DNA of 64,000 nt from Actinomycetales bacterium mxb001. Its GTDB lineage: Bacteria; Actinomycetota; Actinomycetes; S36-B12. The notes beneath the pieces are model-generated. The model saw only the letters and a list, made by a program, of their open reading frames with translations. It did no database searches and was not told where the DNA came from. Where the stretch lies: contig NBNH01000208.1 in the NCBI GenBank assembly GCA_004379115.1, forward strand, positions 4,939 through 68,938, written 5' to 3'. This document shows, piece after piece, positions 34,654-43,591 of this stretch. How positions within the stretch are numbered: position 1 is the stretch's first letter; each line of letters starts with the position of its first letter. The translations under genes were made by a program, and so were the position numbers.

Positions 34654-37146
34654 CTACAGGTAGCCCTTCTTGGTCAGCCAGTTGAAGGACAGGTAGCCCG
34701 GCACGGTCGGGAGCCAGAAGGTGACGAGACGGAAGAGGAGGACGGACGACACCGCGAGGCCACCGGGGAGGCCGGCCGCCGTGAGGCCCGCGGCCAGTGC
34801 GGCCTCGACCGCACCGAGACCGCCGGGTGTGGGCGCGGCCTGCCCGATGGTGGCGCCCGCGAGATAGACGACCGCGATCGCGGCGATGTTGGTGTCGCCC
34901 CCGAACGCGCGGACACAGGCGACCAGGCACACGATGTAAGCAAGGTTGAGCAGCAGGATGCCGCCGATGCCCTCGACCAGCTTCATGGGGCGCTGCGCCA
35001 CCGTGATCAGCCGCGGCACGACCTCGCGCAGCAGTGGACGCACGCGACCGAACACGTAGCGTCGCAGGCGCGGCACGGCAAACGCCGACAGCAGCAGGAT
35101 CGCGACGCCGATGACCGCGATCACGGCCCATGCGGGTGGGGCGAACGTGAAGTCGGCCTGCGTGCCCGCCGCGATACCGAAGCCGAGCAGCAGCAGCAGG
35201 TGAACCACGAAGGCGGCCACCTGCGAGACGCCGACGCTGGCCCCCGCGAGCGCGGGGTGCAGGCCCGCCTTGGTGAGGAAGCGCATGTTGATGGCGATGG
35301 CGCCGAGGGTCGGGGGAGAGACGAGCGTGGCAAAGTCACCGGCCACCTGGGCCATCATCGTGCGGTGCAGGGGAATGCGCTCGGGCACGAAGCCGACGAG
35401 CGACCATGCGGCACCCACATACGTGACGAGCGAGGCGATGAACGCGACCGCGAGCCACTCCAGCGACGCGGTCGTCAGCAGTTCGCCGAGATCGACCTGC
35501 GCGAGTTGGGAGAGCAGGACGTAGGCGGCGATCGTGCCGACGACGATCATGATGAGCGTGCGCGGTTTGATGCGCTCGACGTCGATCTGCTCGACTGCGC
35601 CGTCGGGGCGGATCTCGACGAGGGCGTCGCGTAGCTGCACCATCAGGTCGCGGCGCTTGCGCATCGCCTTGCGCGTCACGGGGTTGAAGGCGACCGGTTG
35701 CAGCACGGGAAGAGCGCGGGCCAGCCCCTGCACGCCCAGCACGCGTCGACCGGAACGCACGGCCCGATCGGGGCCGACCACCATGGCCAGCGTGCACAGC
35801 AGTTCGGCCACGTCGATGCGCATGGCCACGTCGCTCGCGGCAACGGAGCCGGACGATTCGCCGAGCAGCCAGATGTCTCCGGCGCGGTCGCGCAGGAGGT
35901 GCTCGGCGGTGAGGCTTCGGTGGGCCATCTGGTGCTCGTGCATCAGACGCATGGCACGCCAGGCACCCTCGAGATCAGCCTCGGTGATCTGATCGGCGTC
36001 GAGGTCGCTGAAGCGAGTGCCGACCGTGTATTCGTAGGCGAGTAGCGAGGAGTCGGGACCGATCTCGCTGGTGATGAGTAGGCGCGGCACGGGGGCGCCT
36101 GCAGCCTGCGCGGCGTACGCCATCAACGCCGCATGATCGAGTTCGCGACGCATGTTGAAGGCACCGCGTCCGGGCTCTTCGCGCAGTCGCAGTGCTTTCC
36201 ACGCGGCATTCGCCAGGCCCGCGCCTTCGAGGTCGCGGTCGAGGACGACGACTTCGAGCGAGTCGCCGCTGCGGGTCGTGGCGACGTAGCGACGGCCCAC
36301 GTTGGTCTGGCGGGAGGCGCGCAGCATGGTGAGCGGGTAGCCGCCGCGTGCCAGTGCCTCGGCGACCTCGGTGCCCGACGGCCGCGTGGTCGGGGTGCCG
36401 AGGATGTAGCGGGCCAGCAGGCCCAGGCCCCAGCCGGCGAAGACGGAGATGAGGAGTCCCGCCACGTTGGCGGTGCCGCTGAGGAGCGCCACGATGAGCA
36501 GCGAGCCGATGACGAGGGCGGACAGCACGTTCCAGGGACGACGTCCCATGAGCCGGGCGACGGTGATGAAGGCGACGAGGCCGCCGATGATCGGTGCGGT
36601 CGCCGATGTCTGCGTGCCGATATTGCCGGTGAGCGCGGCGACGAGACGGTCGCTGCCGTATTGCTCGACGAGGTAGGACGCCAGGGTCAGCACGATGACC
36701 GTGAGCAGCAGGGCGATCAGCGCATCGAAGAGCTGGCGCATACGACGACGGATGACGAGGTTGACGGCTGCCGCGATCGGCAGGCCGAGCAGGCCGATAC
36801 CGCCAATGACGTTGAGCGCGAGGATGACGATCGACGGCAGCAGTTGCGCGCCGCCGGTCAGGTCTTCCTCGAGTCCCTCGGTGGTGCCGGTGGCGAAGTA
36901 GGCGATGAGGGCCGTGGCCGCGACGGCCGCGAGCGCGACGAGGAAGCGGGCGAGGTCGAGGGGGCGGCGCAGGCGACGGGGGATGACCCCGTCCTCGATG
37001 ACGACCGTGGTCGAGGAGGGCGCTCCCGGGGGAGCCTCAGGGCGGGGGAGCGCGACAGTGGGCTGCGAGCCGTCGGCGGCATGCCGACCCCGGGCCGGCG
37101 GGGGTGCCGCCGACTCGGTGCCTCGGGGCACAGCCTCCTGGGTCAC
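34654..37146 (-). CDS. Large membrane protein: N-terminal TM region, central degenerate protein-kinase-like domain, C-terminal flippase-like (LPG-synthase-TM / MprF-type) domain
   Basis: 830 aa. There are about 6 TM helices (aa 70-260). A soluble region follows with a kinase-like pattern in which HRD is replaced by HRS (MHEHQMAHRSLTAEHLL). About 8 TM helices at the C-terminus end in ...FRLVTFWLPTVPGYLSFNWL, typical of flippase-like domains. Confidence 0.65.
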   Translation of the reverse strand: MTQEAVPRGTESAAPPPARGRHAADGSQPTVALPRPEAPPGAPSSTTVVIEDGVIPRRLRRPLDLARFLVALAAVAATALIAYFATGTTEGLEEDLTGGAQLLPSIVILALNVIGGIGLLGLPIAAAVNLVIRRRMRQLFDALIALLLTVIVLTLASYLVEQYGSDRLVAALTGNIGTQTSATAPIIGGLVAFITVARLMGRRPWNVLSALVIGSLLIVALLSGTANVAGLLISVFAGWGLGLLARYILGTPTTRPSGTEVAEALARGGYPLTMLRASRQTNVGRRYVATTRSGDSLEVVVLDRDLEGAGLANAAWKALRLREEPGRGAFNMRRELDHAALMAYAAQAAGAPVPRLLITSEIGPDSSLLAYEYTVGTRFSDLDADQITEADLEGAWRAMRLMHEHQMAHRSLTAEHLLRDRAGDIWLLGESSGSVAASDVAMRIDVAELLCTLAMVVGPDRAVRSGRRVLGVQGLARALPVLQPVAFNPVTRKAMRKRRDLMVQLRDALVEIRPDGAVEQIDVERIKPRTLIMIVVGTIAAYVLLSQLAQVDLGELLTTASLEWLAVAFIASLVTYVGAAWSLVGFVPERIPLHRTMMAQVAGDFATLVSPPTLGAIAINMRFLTKAGLHPALAGASVGVSQVAAFVVHLLLLLGFGIAAGTQADFTFAPPAWAVIAVIGVAILLLSAFAVPRLRRYVFGRVRPLLREVVPRLITVAQRPMKLVEGIGGILLLNLAYIVCLVACVRAFGGDTNIAAIAVVYLAGATIGQAAPTPGGLGAVEAALAAGLTAAGLPGGLAVSSVLLFRLVTFWLPTVPGYLSFNWLTKKGYL

Positions 37147-37198
37147 CCCCCGATGGTCGCAGACAAGCCGGGCCCGGGGGCGCCACGAGCCTCCGGGC

Positions 37199-37226
37199 CG
37201 TCAGACCCCCCTGATGGGATGTCCTC
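37199..37226 (+). promoter_or_regulatory. Candidate DNA-damage (RecA-NDp / PafBC-type) promoter of adnA, implying a leaderless mRNA
   Basis: CGTCAGACCC lies at 37199-37208, then 18 nt, then the GTG at 37227. TGGGAT occupies -12..-7 relative to that G. An identical 10-mer with identical spacing lies upstream of uvrD2 (46098-46107). Confidence 0.4.
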
Positions 37227-40200
37227 GTGGAGGCCCCGGTGATCGTCCGTACGCCGCCCCCGCGCGGCCGGGCGCCGACCCTCGATCCCGCGCAGGCCGC
37301 CGTGGTCGCCCACGCCGCCGGCCCGCTCCTGGTCCTCGGGGCGCCCGGCACTGGCAAGTCCGCCGCCCTGGTCGAGTCCGTGCTCGCGCGCCTGGCCGAG
37401 GGCGTGCCGGCCGACCGCATCCTGGTCCTGGCCTTCGGCCGATCCGCCGCCCGCGACCTGCGCGATCGTCTCGCCGCGCGCACCTCCGGGGGAGCGGTAC
37501 CCGTCGTCACGACGTTCCACTCCTTCGCGTATTCACTCGTCACGCGCGCGGCCGCCCAGGACCCCGATGCGGTGCTGCCGCGACTGCTGTCCGGCGCCGA
37601 AGAAGACGTGCGCGTACGTGACCTCCTGCTCGGTGCTGTCGAAGACGGTGCCGTCGAGTGGCCCGAGCACCTGTCGGTGGCGCTGCCGACCCTCGGCCTT
37701 GCCAACGACGTTCGCGCGTTCCTCGCGCGCATGCGCGAACTCGGACTGGAGGCCGACGATCTGGAGCGGGCCGGCGATGCGCTCGGTCATGCCGCGTGGG
37801 GTGCGCTCGCACGCTTCGCCGATGTCGAAGACGAAGTGATGGCACTCGAAGGCGTCATCGACTACAGCCGGCTGATCGCCCTGGCCGCCCACCTCGCTGC
37901 CAGTGACGAGGCCGCACCGCTGCGCGCCTCCCTCGCCTGCCTCTACGTCGACGATGCACACGAGGCCGATCCGCTGCAGGTGCGCCTGCTCGAGGCCCTG
38001 GCTGCCCCGACGCTCGTGGCCTTCGCCGATCCCGACGTCAGCGTCTACGGCTTCCGCGGGGCTGACCGCGAAGCCATCGCGCGACTGCTGGGTGAGCGCG
38101 TGATCGTCCTTGAGCGCGCCCATCGCGGGGGCACGCACCTGCGCGAGGCGATCGCGTCTGTCCAGCGGGGCACGTCGCTGGCGGGCCTGTCCGCCGATGT
38201 CCTGCGCCGCTACCGCGCGCCTGCACCCGGCGATGTCGACGACGAGGTGGCGGTGCTGTCCTTCGACTCCCCGGGCGACCTGGCCGCCCACATCGGCCGC
38301 GACCTGCGCGAGCGGCATGTCGGCGGCCTCGATTGGCATCGCATGGCCGTCCTGGCGCGCGGCCAGGGCGACATCGAGGTCATGCGTCGGGGGCTGGAGA
38401 TGGCCGGGGTGCCGGTGCGTGTGATGTCCGATGATGTCCCGCTGCGAGCAGAGCCCGCCGTTGCCGTGCTGCTGTCAGCACTCGAGGCCGCACTCGATCC
38501 GCGCACGATCACGCCGACCACGGCGGTCGACATCGTCAGCGGACCGATCGGCGCCATCGATCCGCTCGACCTGCGTATCCTCATGCGCGCCCTGCGGCAG
38601 GCTCACCGCACAGCGCACCCCGAGGCGACCCCGCCGGGGGGCACGACACTGCTGGCAGCCGAACTCCGCCGCGTCGTCGAGTCCCTGCAGGCCGAGACCC
38701 CGACCGATGTCGTCGAGGAGGCGGCATCCACCCTTGCCCGCGTCCACGAGCTGGGGCGGTTGCTCGCACGCGCGCGCGAGCAGGCGCTCGCCGGGGCACC
38801 TCCGGGCGAGATCCTCTGGACGCTCTGGTCAGGCACCGGCCTCGGCACCATCGTGCGGCCGTGGCCCGAGCGCCTACGCCGCGCGGCTCTCGCCGGCCAC
38901 CGCCCCTCGTCCCACGACCTCGACGCGGTCAGTGCGCTCTTCGATGCGGCGGAGCGATTCAGCGATCGTTATGCGGGAGTCGTCGGCGCACCCGCCTTCC
39001 TCTCCTCGTTGAGCAGCCAGCGCGTTCCCGCCGAGTCGGTCTCCGGGCGCGGTGTCGACGATGACGCAGTGGTGATCGCCACCGCCCATCTGGCCGTCGG
39101 GCGGTCCTGGGACCACGTCGTCATCGTCGGAGCGCAGGAGGGTGCCTGGCCCTCACTGCGCGGACGATCGAGCATCCTGCATGTCGAGCAACTCGATGGC
39201 CTGGCCCGCGGCACGGCGTTCGATGTGCACGCACTCGCGCGGCAGGAGGCCGCGGCCCAGGTCGCCGAAGACCGACGCCTGTTCGTCCTCGCGCTGTCCC
39301 GCGCCGAGCGCAGTGCCTGCGTGGCCGTGGTGGCATCCGAGCAGATGACCGGCGACCAGCCGAGTCGTTTCGTCGACGACCTCCGCCTGACCGCTCGGCA
39401 CCTGCCGGGTCGCCCCGCACGCCCGCTCACCCTCGATGGCCTCATCGCCGAGCTGCGCTCCGTCGCAAGCGATCCGGCGGTCAGTGAGGGCCTGCGCATC
39501 GAGGCCGCACGCCGCCTGGCGGCACTGGCCGATCTCGATGACGACGGCGATCGACTCGCGCCGCTCGCCGACCCGGCGACCTGGTGGGGTCTGGTCGAGC
39601 GCACGGTCGGCGTCGCGCCCGTGCGACCGGCTGACGAGCCCATCGCGCTGTCCGCATCGGCGCTCGACGGCTTGCAGACATGTCCGCGCCGATGGTTCCT
39701 GCAGCGCGAGGCGCATGCCGACTCGCCACGATCGGGCGCACTGTCGTTCGGATCGATCGTCCACGCGCTCGCCGAGGCGGTCGCGCGCGGCGACCTGCCC
39801 CCCGACCCCGAGGTCCTCGAGGCGCGCGCCGATCTCGTCTGGGCTCATCTTCCGTTCGATGCGCCCTGGCAGGCCGAGGCCGAACGCGCGGCCCTGCGCG
39901 ACGTCATTCGCCGCATGTGCGATTACCACCGGTCGTCCGAGCGCACGGTGCTGGCCGCCGAGCAGCGTTTCGAGGTGGCGCTGCCCATCGATGCTCCCGG
40001 ACTCGACGGCACCGTCATCGTTCGAGGCGCCATCGACCGAGTCGAAGTCGACGATGAGGGCCGCGCCTACGCCGTCGACCTGAAGACCGGCAAGGACACC
40101 CCGTCCGATGTCTCGGTCGCCGACCACGCCCAGCTCGCCGTCTACCAGGCGGCGATCCTGGCCGGTGCGCTCGATGCGGTGGCGGGCGCGCCGACTGCGC

Positions 40201-40448
40201 CGGGTGGCGCGAGCCTGGTGCAGCTGCGCTTCGACGATCGTCACTCCCCGGGATCCCCCAAGGTGCAGGAGCAGCCGGCCCTGGTCGTCGACGACCTGCG
40301 CGAGGCGCCCATCGTCGATGCGCTGCGCGATGCCGTGGTCCAGGTGCGCGCCGAATCCTTCCCCGCGGTCCCCTCGGGTGAATGCCGTCGGTGCGCCTTC
40401 GTTCGCACATGTCCGGCCCAATCCCTGGGCGGGGAGGTCGTGCCGTGA
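37227..40448 (+). CDS. adnA: AdnA-like UvrD-family helicase / RecB-type nuclease subunit of a heterodimeric DSB-resection motor
   Basis: 1073 aa. The Walker A is VLGAPGTGKSAAL. The C-terminal PD-(D/E)XK nuclease reads GAIDRVEVDDEGRAYAVDLKTGK...QLAVYQ. A Cys4 pattern C-Xn-CxxCxxxxxC is present. It is followed by, and overlaps, a second helicase-nuclease gene. Confidence 0.8.
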   Translation: MEAPVIVRTPPPRGRAPTLDPAQAAVVAHAAGPLLVLGAPGTGKSAALVESVLARLAEGVPADRILVLAFGRSAARDLRDRLAARTSGGAVPVVTTFHSFAYSLVTRAAAQDPDAVLPRLLSGAEEDVRVRDLLLGAVEDGAVEWPEHLSVALPTLGLANDVRAFLARMRELGLEADDLERAGDALGHAAWGALARFADVEDEVMALEGVIDYSRLIALAAHLAASDEAAPLRASLACLYVDDAHEADPLQVRLLEALAAPTLVAFADPDVSVYGFRGADREAIARLLGERVIVLERAHRGGTHLREAIASVQRGTSLAGLSADVLRRYRAPAPGDVDDEVAVLSFDSPGDLAAHIGRDLRERHVGGLDWHRMAVLARGQGDIEVMRRGLEMAGVPVRVMSDDVPLRAEPAVAVLLSALEAALDPRTITPTTAVDIVSGPIGAIDPLDLRILMRALRQAHRTAHPEATPPGGTTLLAAELRRVVESLQAETPTDVVEEAASTLARVHELGRLLARAREQALAGAPPGEILWTLWSGTGLGTIVRPWPERLRRAALAGHRPSSHDLDAVSALFDAAERFSDRYAGVVGAPAFLSSLSSQRVPAESVSGRGVDDDAVVIATAHLAVGRSWDHVVIVGAQEGAWPSLRGRSSILHVEQLDGLARGTAFDVHALARQEAAAQVAEDRRLFVLALSRAERSACVAVVASEQMTGDQPSRFVDDLRLTARHLPGRPARPLTLDGLIAELRSVASDPAVSEGLRIEAARRLAALADLDDDGDRLAPLADPATWWGLVERTVGVAPVRPADEPIALSASALDGLQTCPRRWFLQREAHADSPRSGALSFGSIVHALAEAVARGDLPPDPEVLEARADLVWAHLPFDAPWQAEAERAALRDVIRRMCDYHRSSERTVLAAEQRFEVALPIDAPGLDGTVIVRGAIDRVEVDDEGRAYAVDLKTGKDTPSDVSVADHAQLAVYQAAILAGALDAVAGAPTAPGGASLVQLRFDDRHSPGSPKVQEQPALVVDDLREAPIVDALRDAVVQVRAESFPAVPSGECRRCAFVRTCPAQSLGGEVVP

Positions 40449-43400
40449 ACGAGTCGCGCGACCGAATCGAGCAACTGCTCGGCCATCCGCTCAGCGATGA
40501 GCAGTGGACCGCCGTCAGCGCGCCGCTCGAGCCAGCGGCGATCGTGGCCGGTGCGGGGTCCGGCAAGACCACGGTCATGGCCGCGCGCATCGCATGGCTG
40601 GTGATCGAGGGCCACGTACCACCCGACGGCGTGCTCGGCCTGACCTTCACCACCAAGGCAGCCGCTGAGTTGCTGTCGCGCAGTCGACGCTTCCTCCTCG
40701 CCGCCCAGCAGCGGGGCTGGATCGATCCCGAGGTCATGCTCGAGCCGGCCGTGTCGACCTACCACGCCTTCGCCGCCCGCCTCCTCGTCGATCACGGCGT
40801 GCTCGTCGGCATCGAGCCCGGTGCCGAGGTGCTCGCGCACGGCGCGCGGGAGGCGCTCGCCGCGCAGGTGGTGCGCGGCACGGTGATTCCCCTGGCCGAT
40901 CGGGGGCGGGCGATGTCGTCCGTCATCACCGCGATGCTGCGGCTCGACGATGCGCTCGCCGAACTCGACCTCGATCCATCGCTTGCCCTCGACGACGCCT
41001 GCGCGCTCATCGACCGTCTCGATGCCTTGCCCAAGCGCCAGAAGATCGGCGACCAGATGCTCGAGGCGGCGCGCATGCGGGCAGCGCTGTGCGGGCTCGT
41101 CCAGGAGTTCCGCGAGGCGAAGCGGTCGCATCAGGTGCTCGACTTCGCCGACCAGGTGCGCTGGGCCCTCGCGATCGTGCGCCTGTCGAGCGACGTGCGG
41201 GGCGACCTGCGCGAGCGCTACCCGTGCGTCCTGCTCGATGAATACCAGGACACGTCAGTCGCGCAGCGGCTGCTGCTGCAGGCCGCGTTCGGCGACGGGC
41301 ACCCGGTGACAGCTGTCGGCGATCCCTGCCAGGCCATCTACGAGTGGCGCGGGGCCACCGTCGACAACATCGACCGGTTCCCCGTCCACTTCCCCCGTCG
41401 CGTCGACGGGCGCGAGATGCCAGCGCCCCGCTACTCCCTGGCCGACAACCGGCGATCGGGTCCCTTCATCCTCGACCTCGCCAACCACGTCGCCGCGCCG
41501 CTGCGTGCCCTGCACGCCGGCGTCGAGCCCCTCGCGGCGGCCGCGACCGATCGCGGCCGCGGTCGAGTGCGATGTGCGCTGCTGCCCACCGTGGCCGACG
41601 AGACCGCGTGGGTCGCCGACGAGATCGAGCGCTTGCACGACGAGCACGGTGCGTGGCGCGGCATCGCCGTGCTGGCGCGACGAGCCGAGACACTCCTCGA
41701 CATCGATGGAGTCCTGCGTGCTCGCGGGATTCCCACTCACCTGGTCGGCGTTGCGGGATTGCTCGACGTACCCGTCGTGGCCGAGGTGCGTGCGATCCTC
41801 GAGGTCCTCGACGACCCGACCGCTAACGCCTCGTGCCTGCGCCTGCTCGAAGGTCCGCGCTGGCGACTCGGTCCGCGCGACCTAGCGGCGCTGGGTCGCC
41901 TGGCGACCGCCGATCGCGGGCCTTCGCGCGAACCCGACGACGTCGATGCGCGCCTGCGTGCCGCGATCCTCGGCACCGATCCGGCCGACCTCGCGAGCCT
42001 CGTCGAGGCGATCGACCGGGCCGCTGCCGGTGAGGGCCCCGATATATCGCCCGAGGCGCGCGAGCGCCTGGTGGCCCTGTCCGCCGAGCTGGCCGCTCTA
42101 CGTCGCCATCGCGACGATCCACCGGCCGAACTCATCTCCCGCGTCCTGCGCGTCACCGGCCTGGGGGTCGAGCTGGCCCTCGGTCCGGCCGATGAGGCGG
42201 CCGATCGTGCCCGAGCGATGGGTGCCTTTCGCGACCTGGCAGCGCAATTCCCCGTCTCCGTTGGAGGTGCCCGCTCCACGCTCAGCGGATTCCTCGCCCG
42301 GTTGCGCGATGCCGAAGTCTTCGACTCCGCGCCCACACTCGACGACCTGCCCCGAGGCGACGCCGTCGTGCTCATGACCATCCACAAGGCCAAGGGCCTG
42401 GAGTTCCCGCACGTCCTCGTGCCCGGCTGCTGCGACACCGTGTTCCCGGGCGGCGGGCGTGATCGGTGGCCGACCAACCCCCACGTCGTGCCGTGGTCAT
42501 TGCGCGACGATGCGCCGCCCGGGCTGCGCGACTTTCCTGATCCGACCGGGCCAACGGCCACGACTCACAAGCGCTTCGTGGAGGCAAGCACGGTCATGGC
42601 ACTCGCCGAGGAGCGACGCCTCGCCTACGTCGCCTTCACGCGAGCCGAGCGCACGCTGGCCGTGTCCGGCCACTGGTGGGGCCCCTCCCAGACCACGGTG
42701 CGCGGTCCCGGCGAGTTCCTCGACGAGGTCCATGACTGGTGCACGGGTGGCGGTGGGGAGGTCGTGGAGTGGGCGGCGTCCCCCGGCGACGGCGCCGTCA
42801 ATCCGCTCCTGGCCCAACGCTCCGCGCCCTGGCCGCACGATCCCGACGCCGCTGCGCGGTCCGCTCGGCTGCGCGCCGCCGAGCTCGTCCAGCAGGCGCG
42901 CGCCGGTGACCTCGATCCCGTGCCGCTGCCCGACGACGAGCAGGCGGTCGTGCAGTCCTGGGACGACGTCACCGAGCGGCTCGTGGCTGAAGCGCGCGCC
43001 ATGCGCCGCCCGCGCGAGGTCGCGCTGCCCTTCGCTCTGTCCGCGAGCGATCTCGTGCGCCTCCACGACGATCCCGCGGCCTACGCGCTCGATCTCGCGC
43101 GTCCCATGCCGCGGCGTCCGTCGCGGGCCGCCCGACGTGGCACCGCACTGCACGAATGGATCGAGGGCCAGTACGCCGTGCAGACGCTCTTCGACCTCGA
43201 CGAACTCGAGGGCGCCGACGACCTCGCCGCCGATCTCGAACTCGAGCGCCTGCGCGAGGCATTCCTCCGCAGCCCCTACGCCCAGCGCGCACCCCTCGCC
43301 ATCGAGGCACCGTTCGCGATCATGCTGGGCGGTCGGCTCATCCGTGGTCGCATCGACGCGGTCTTCGGCGATCCGCACGGACGCATCGAGATCGTCGACT

Positions 43401-43591
43401 GGAAATCCGGGGGCCCCGGAGGCCTGCGCGACCTGCAGCTGGGCATCTATCGCGTGGCGTGGTCCGAGGCGACCGGCACGCCCCTGGATCGCATCGATGC
43501 GTCGTTCGTCCTCGTGGGCAGTGGCGACGTCGTCCGGCCGATGCAGATGCCTACCCGGGCCGACCTGGAGCGGATCCTCACCGGTCCGTGA
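40445..43591 (+). CDS. adnB: AdnB-like UvrD-family helicase / RecB-type nuclease subunit
   Basis: The GTG at 40445 overlaps the adnA stop (GTGA). Motifs present: IVAGAGSGKTTVMAARI, LLDEYQDTS, TIHKAKGLEF. The C-terminal nuclease reads GRIDAVFGDPHGRIEIVDWKSG...LQLGIYRVAW. Confidence 0.8.
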   Translation: MNESRDRIEQLLGHPLSDEQWTAVSAPLEPAAIVAGAGSGKTTVMAARIAWLVIEGHVPPDGVLGLTFTTKAAAELLSRSRRFLLAAQQRGWIDPEVMLEPAVSTYHAFAARLLVDHGVLVGIEPGAEVLAHGAREALAAQVVRGTVIPLADRGRAMSSVITAMLRLDDALAELDLDPSLALDDACALIDRLDALPKRQKIGDQMLEAARMRAALCGLVQEFREAKRSHQVLDFADQVRWALAIVRLSSDVRGDLRERYPCVLLDEYQDTSVAQRLLLQAAFGDGHPVTAVGDPCQAIYEWRGATVDNIDRFPVHFPRRVDGREMPAPRYSLADNRRSGPFILDLANHVAAPLRALHAGVEPLAAAATDRGRGRVRCALLPTVADETAWVADEIERLHDEHGAWRGIAVLARRAETLLDIDGVLRARGIPTHLVGVAGLLDVPVVAEVRAILEVLDDPTANASCLRLLEGPRWRLGPRDLAALGRLATADRGPSREPDDVDARLRAAILGTDPADLASLVEAIDRAAAGEGPDISPEARERLVALSAELAALRRHRDDPPAELISRVLRVTGLGVELALGPADEAADRARAMGAFRDLAAQFPVSVGGARSTLSGFLARLRDAEVFDSAPTLDDLPRGDAVVLMTIHKAKGLEFPHVLVPGCCDTVFPGGGRDRWPTNPHVVPWSLRDDAPPGLRDFPDPTGPTATTHKRFVEASTVMALAEERRLAYVAFTRAERTLAVSGHWWGPSQTTVRGPGEFLDEVHDWCTGGGGEVVEWAASPGDGAVNPLLAQRSAPWPHDPDAAARSARLRAAELVQQARAGDLDPVPLPDDEQAVVQSWDDVTERLVAEARAMRRPREVALPFALSASDLVRLHDDPAAYALDLARPMPRRPSRAARRGTALHEWIEGQYAVQTLFDLDELEGADDLAADLELERLREAFLRSPYAQRAPLAIEAPFAIMLGGRLIRGRIDAVFGDPHGRIEIVDWKSGGPGGLRDLQLGIYRVAWSEATGTPLDRIDASFVLVGSGDVVRPMQMPTRADLERILTGP

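Noticed and set aside
34483-35634. A 383-aa plus-strand ORF opposite the flippase-like membrane protein.
   Set aside because: It is highly charged Arg/Asp/Glu/Gly composition. The minus frame encodes regular TM helices.
37147-37226. A LexA SOS box (Cheo-type GAAC-N4-GTTC / TCGAAC-N4-GTTCGA) upstream of adnA, and likewise upstream of uvrD2 (46063-46125).
   Set aside because: There is no match by eye in either spacer. Isolated GAAC strings elsewhere in the window lie inside coding regions without the partner half-site.
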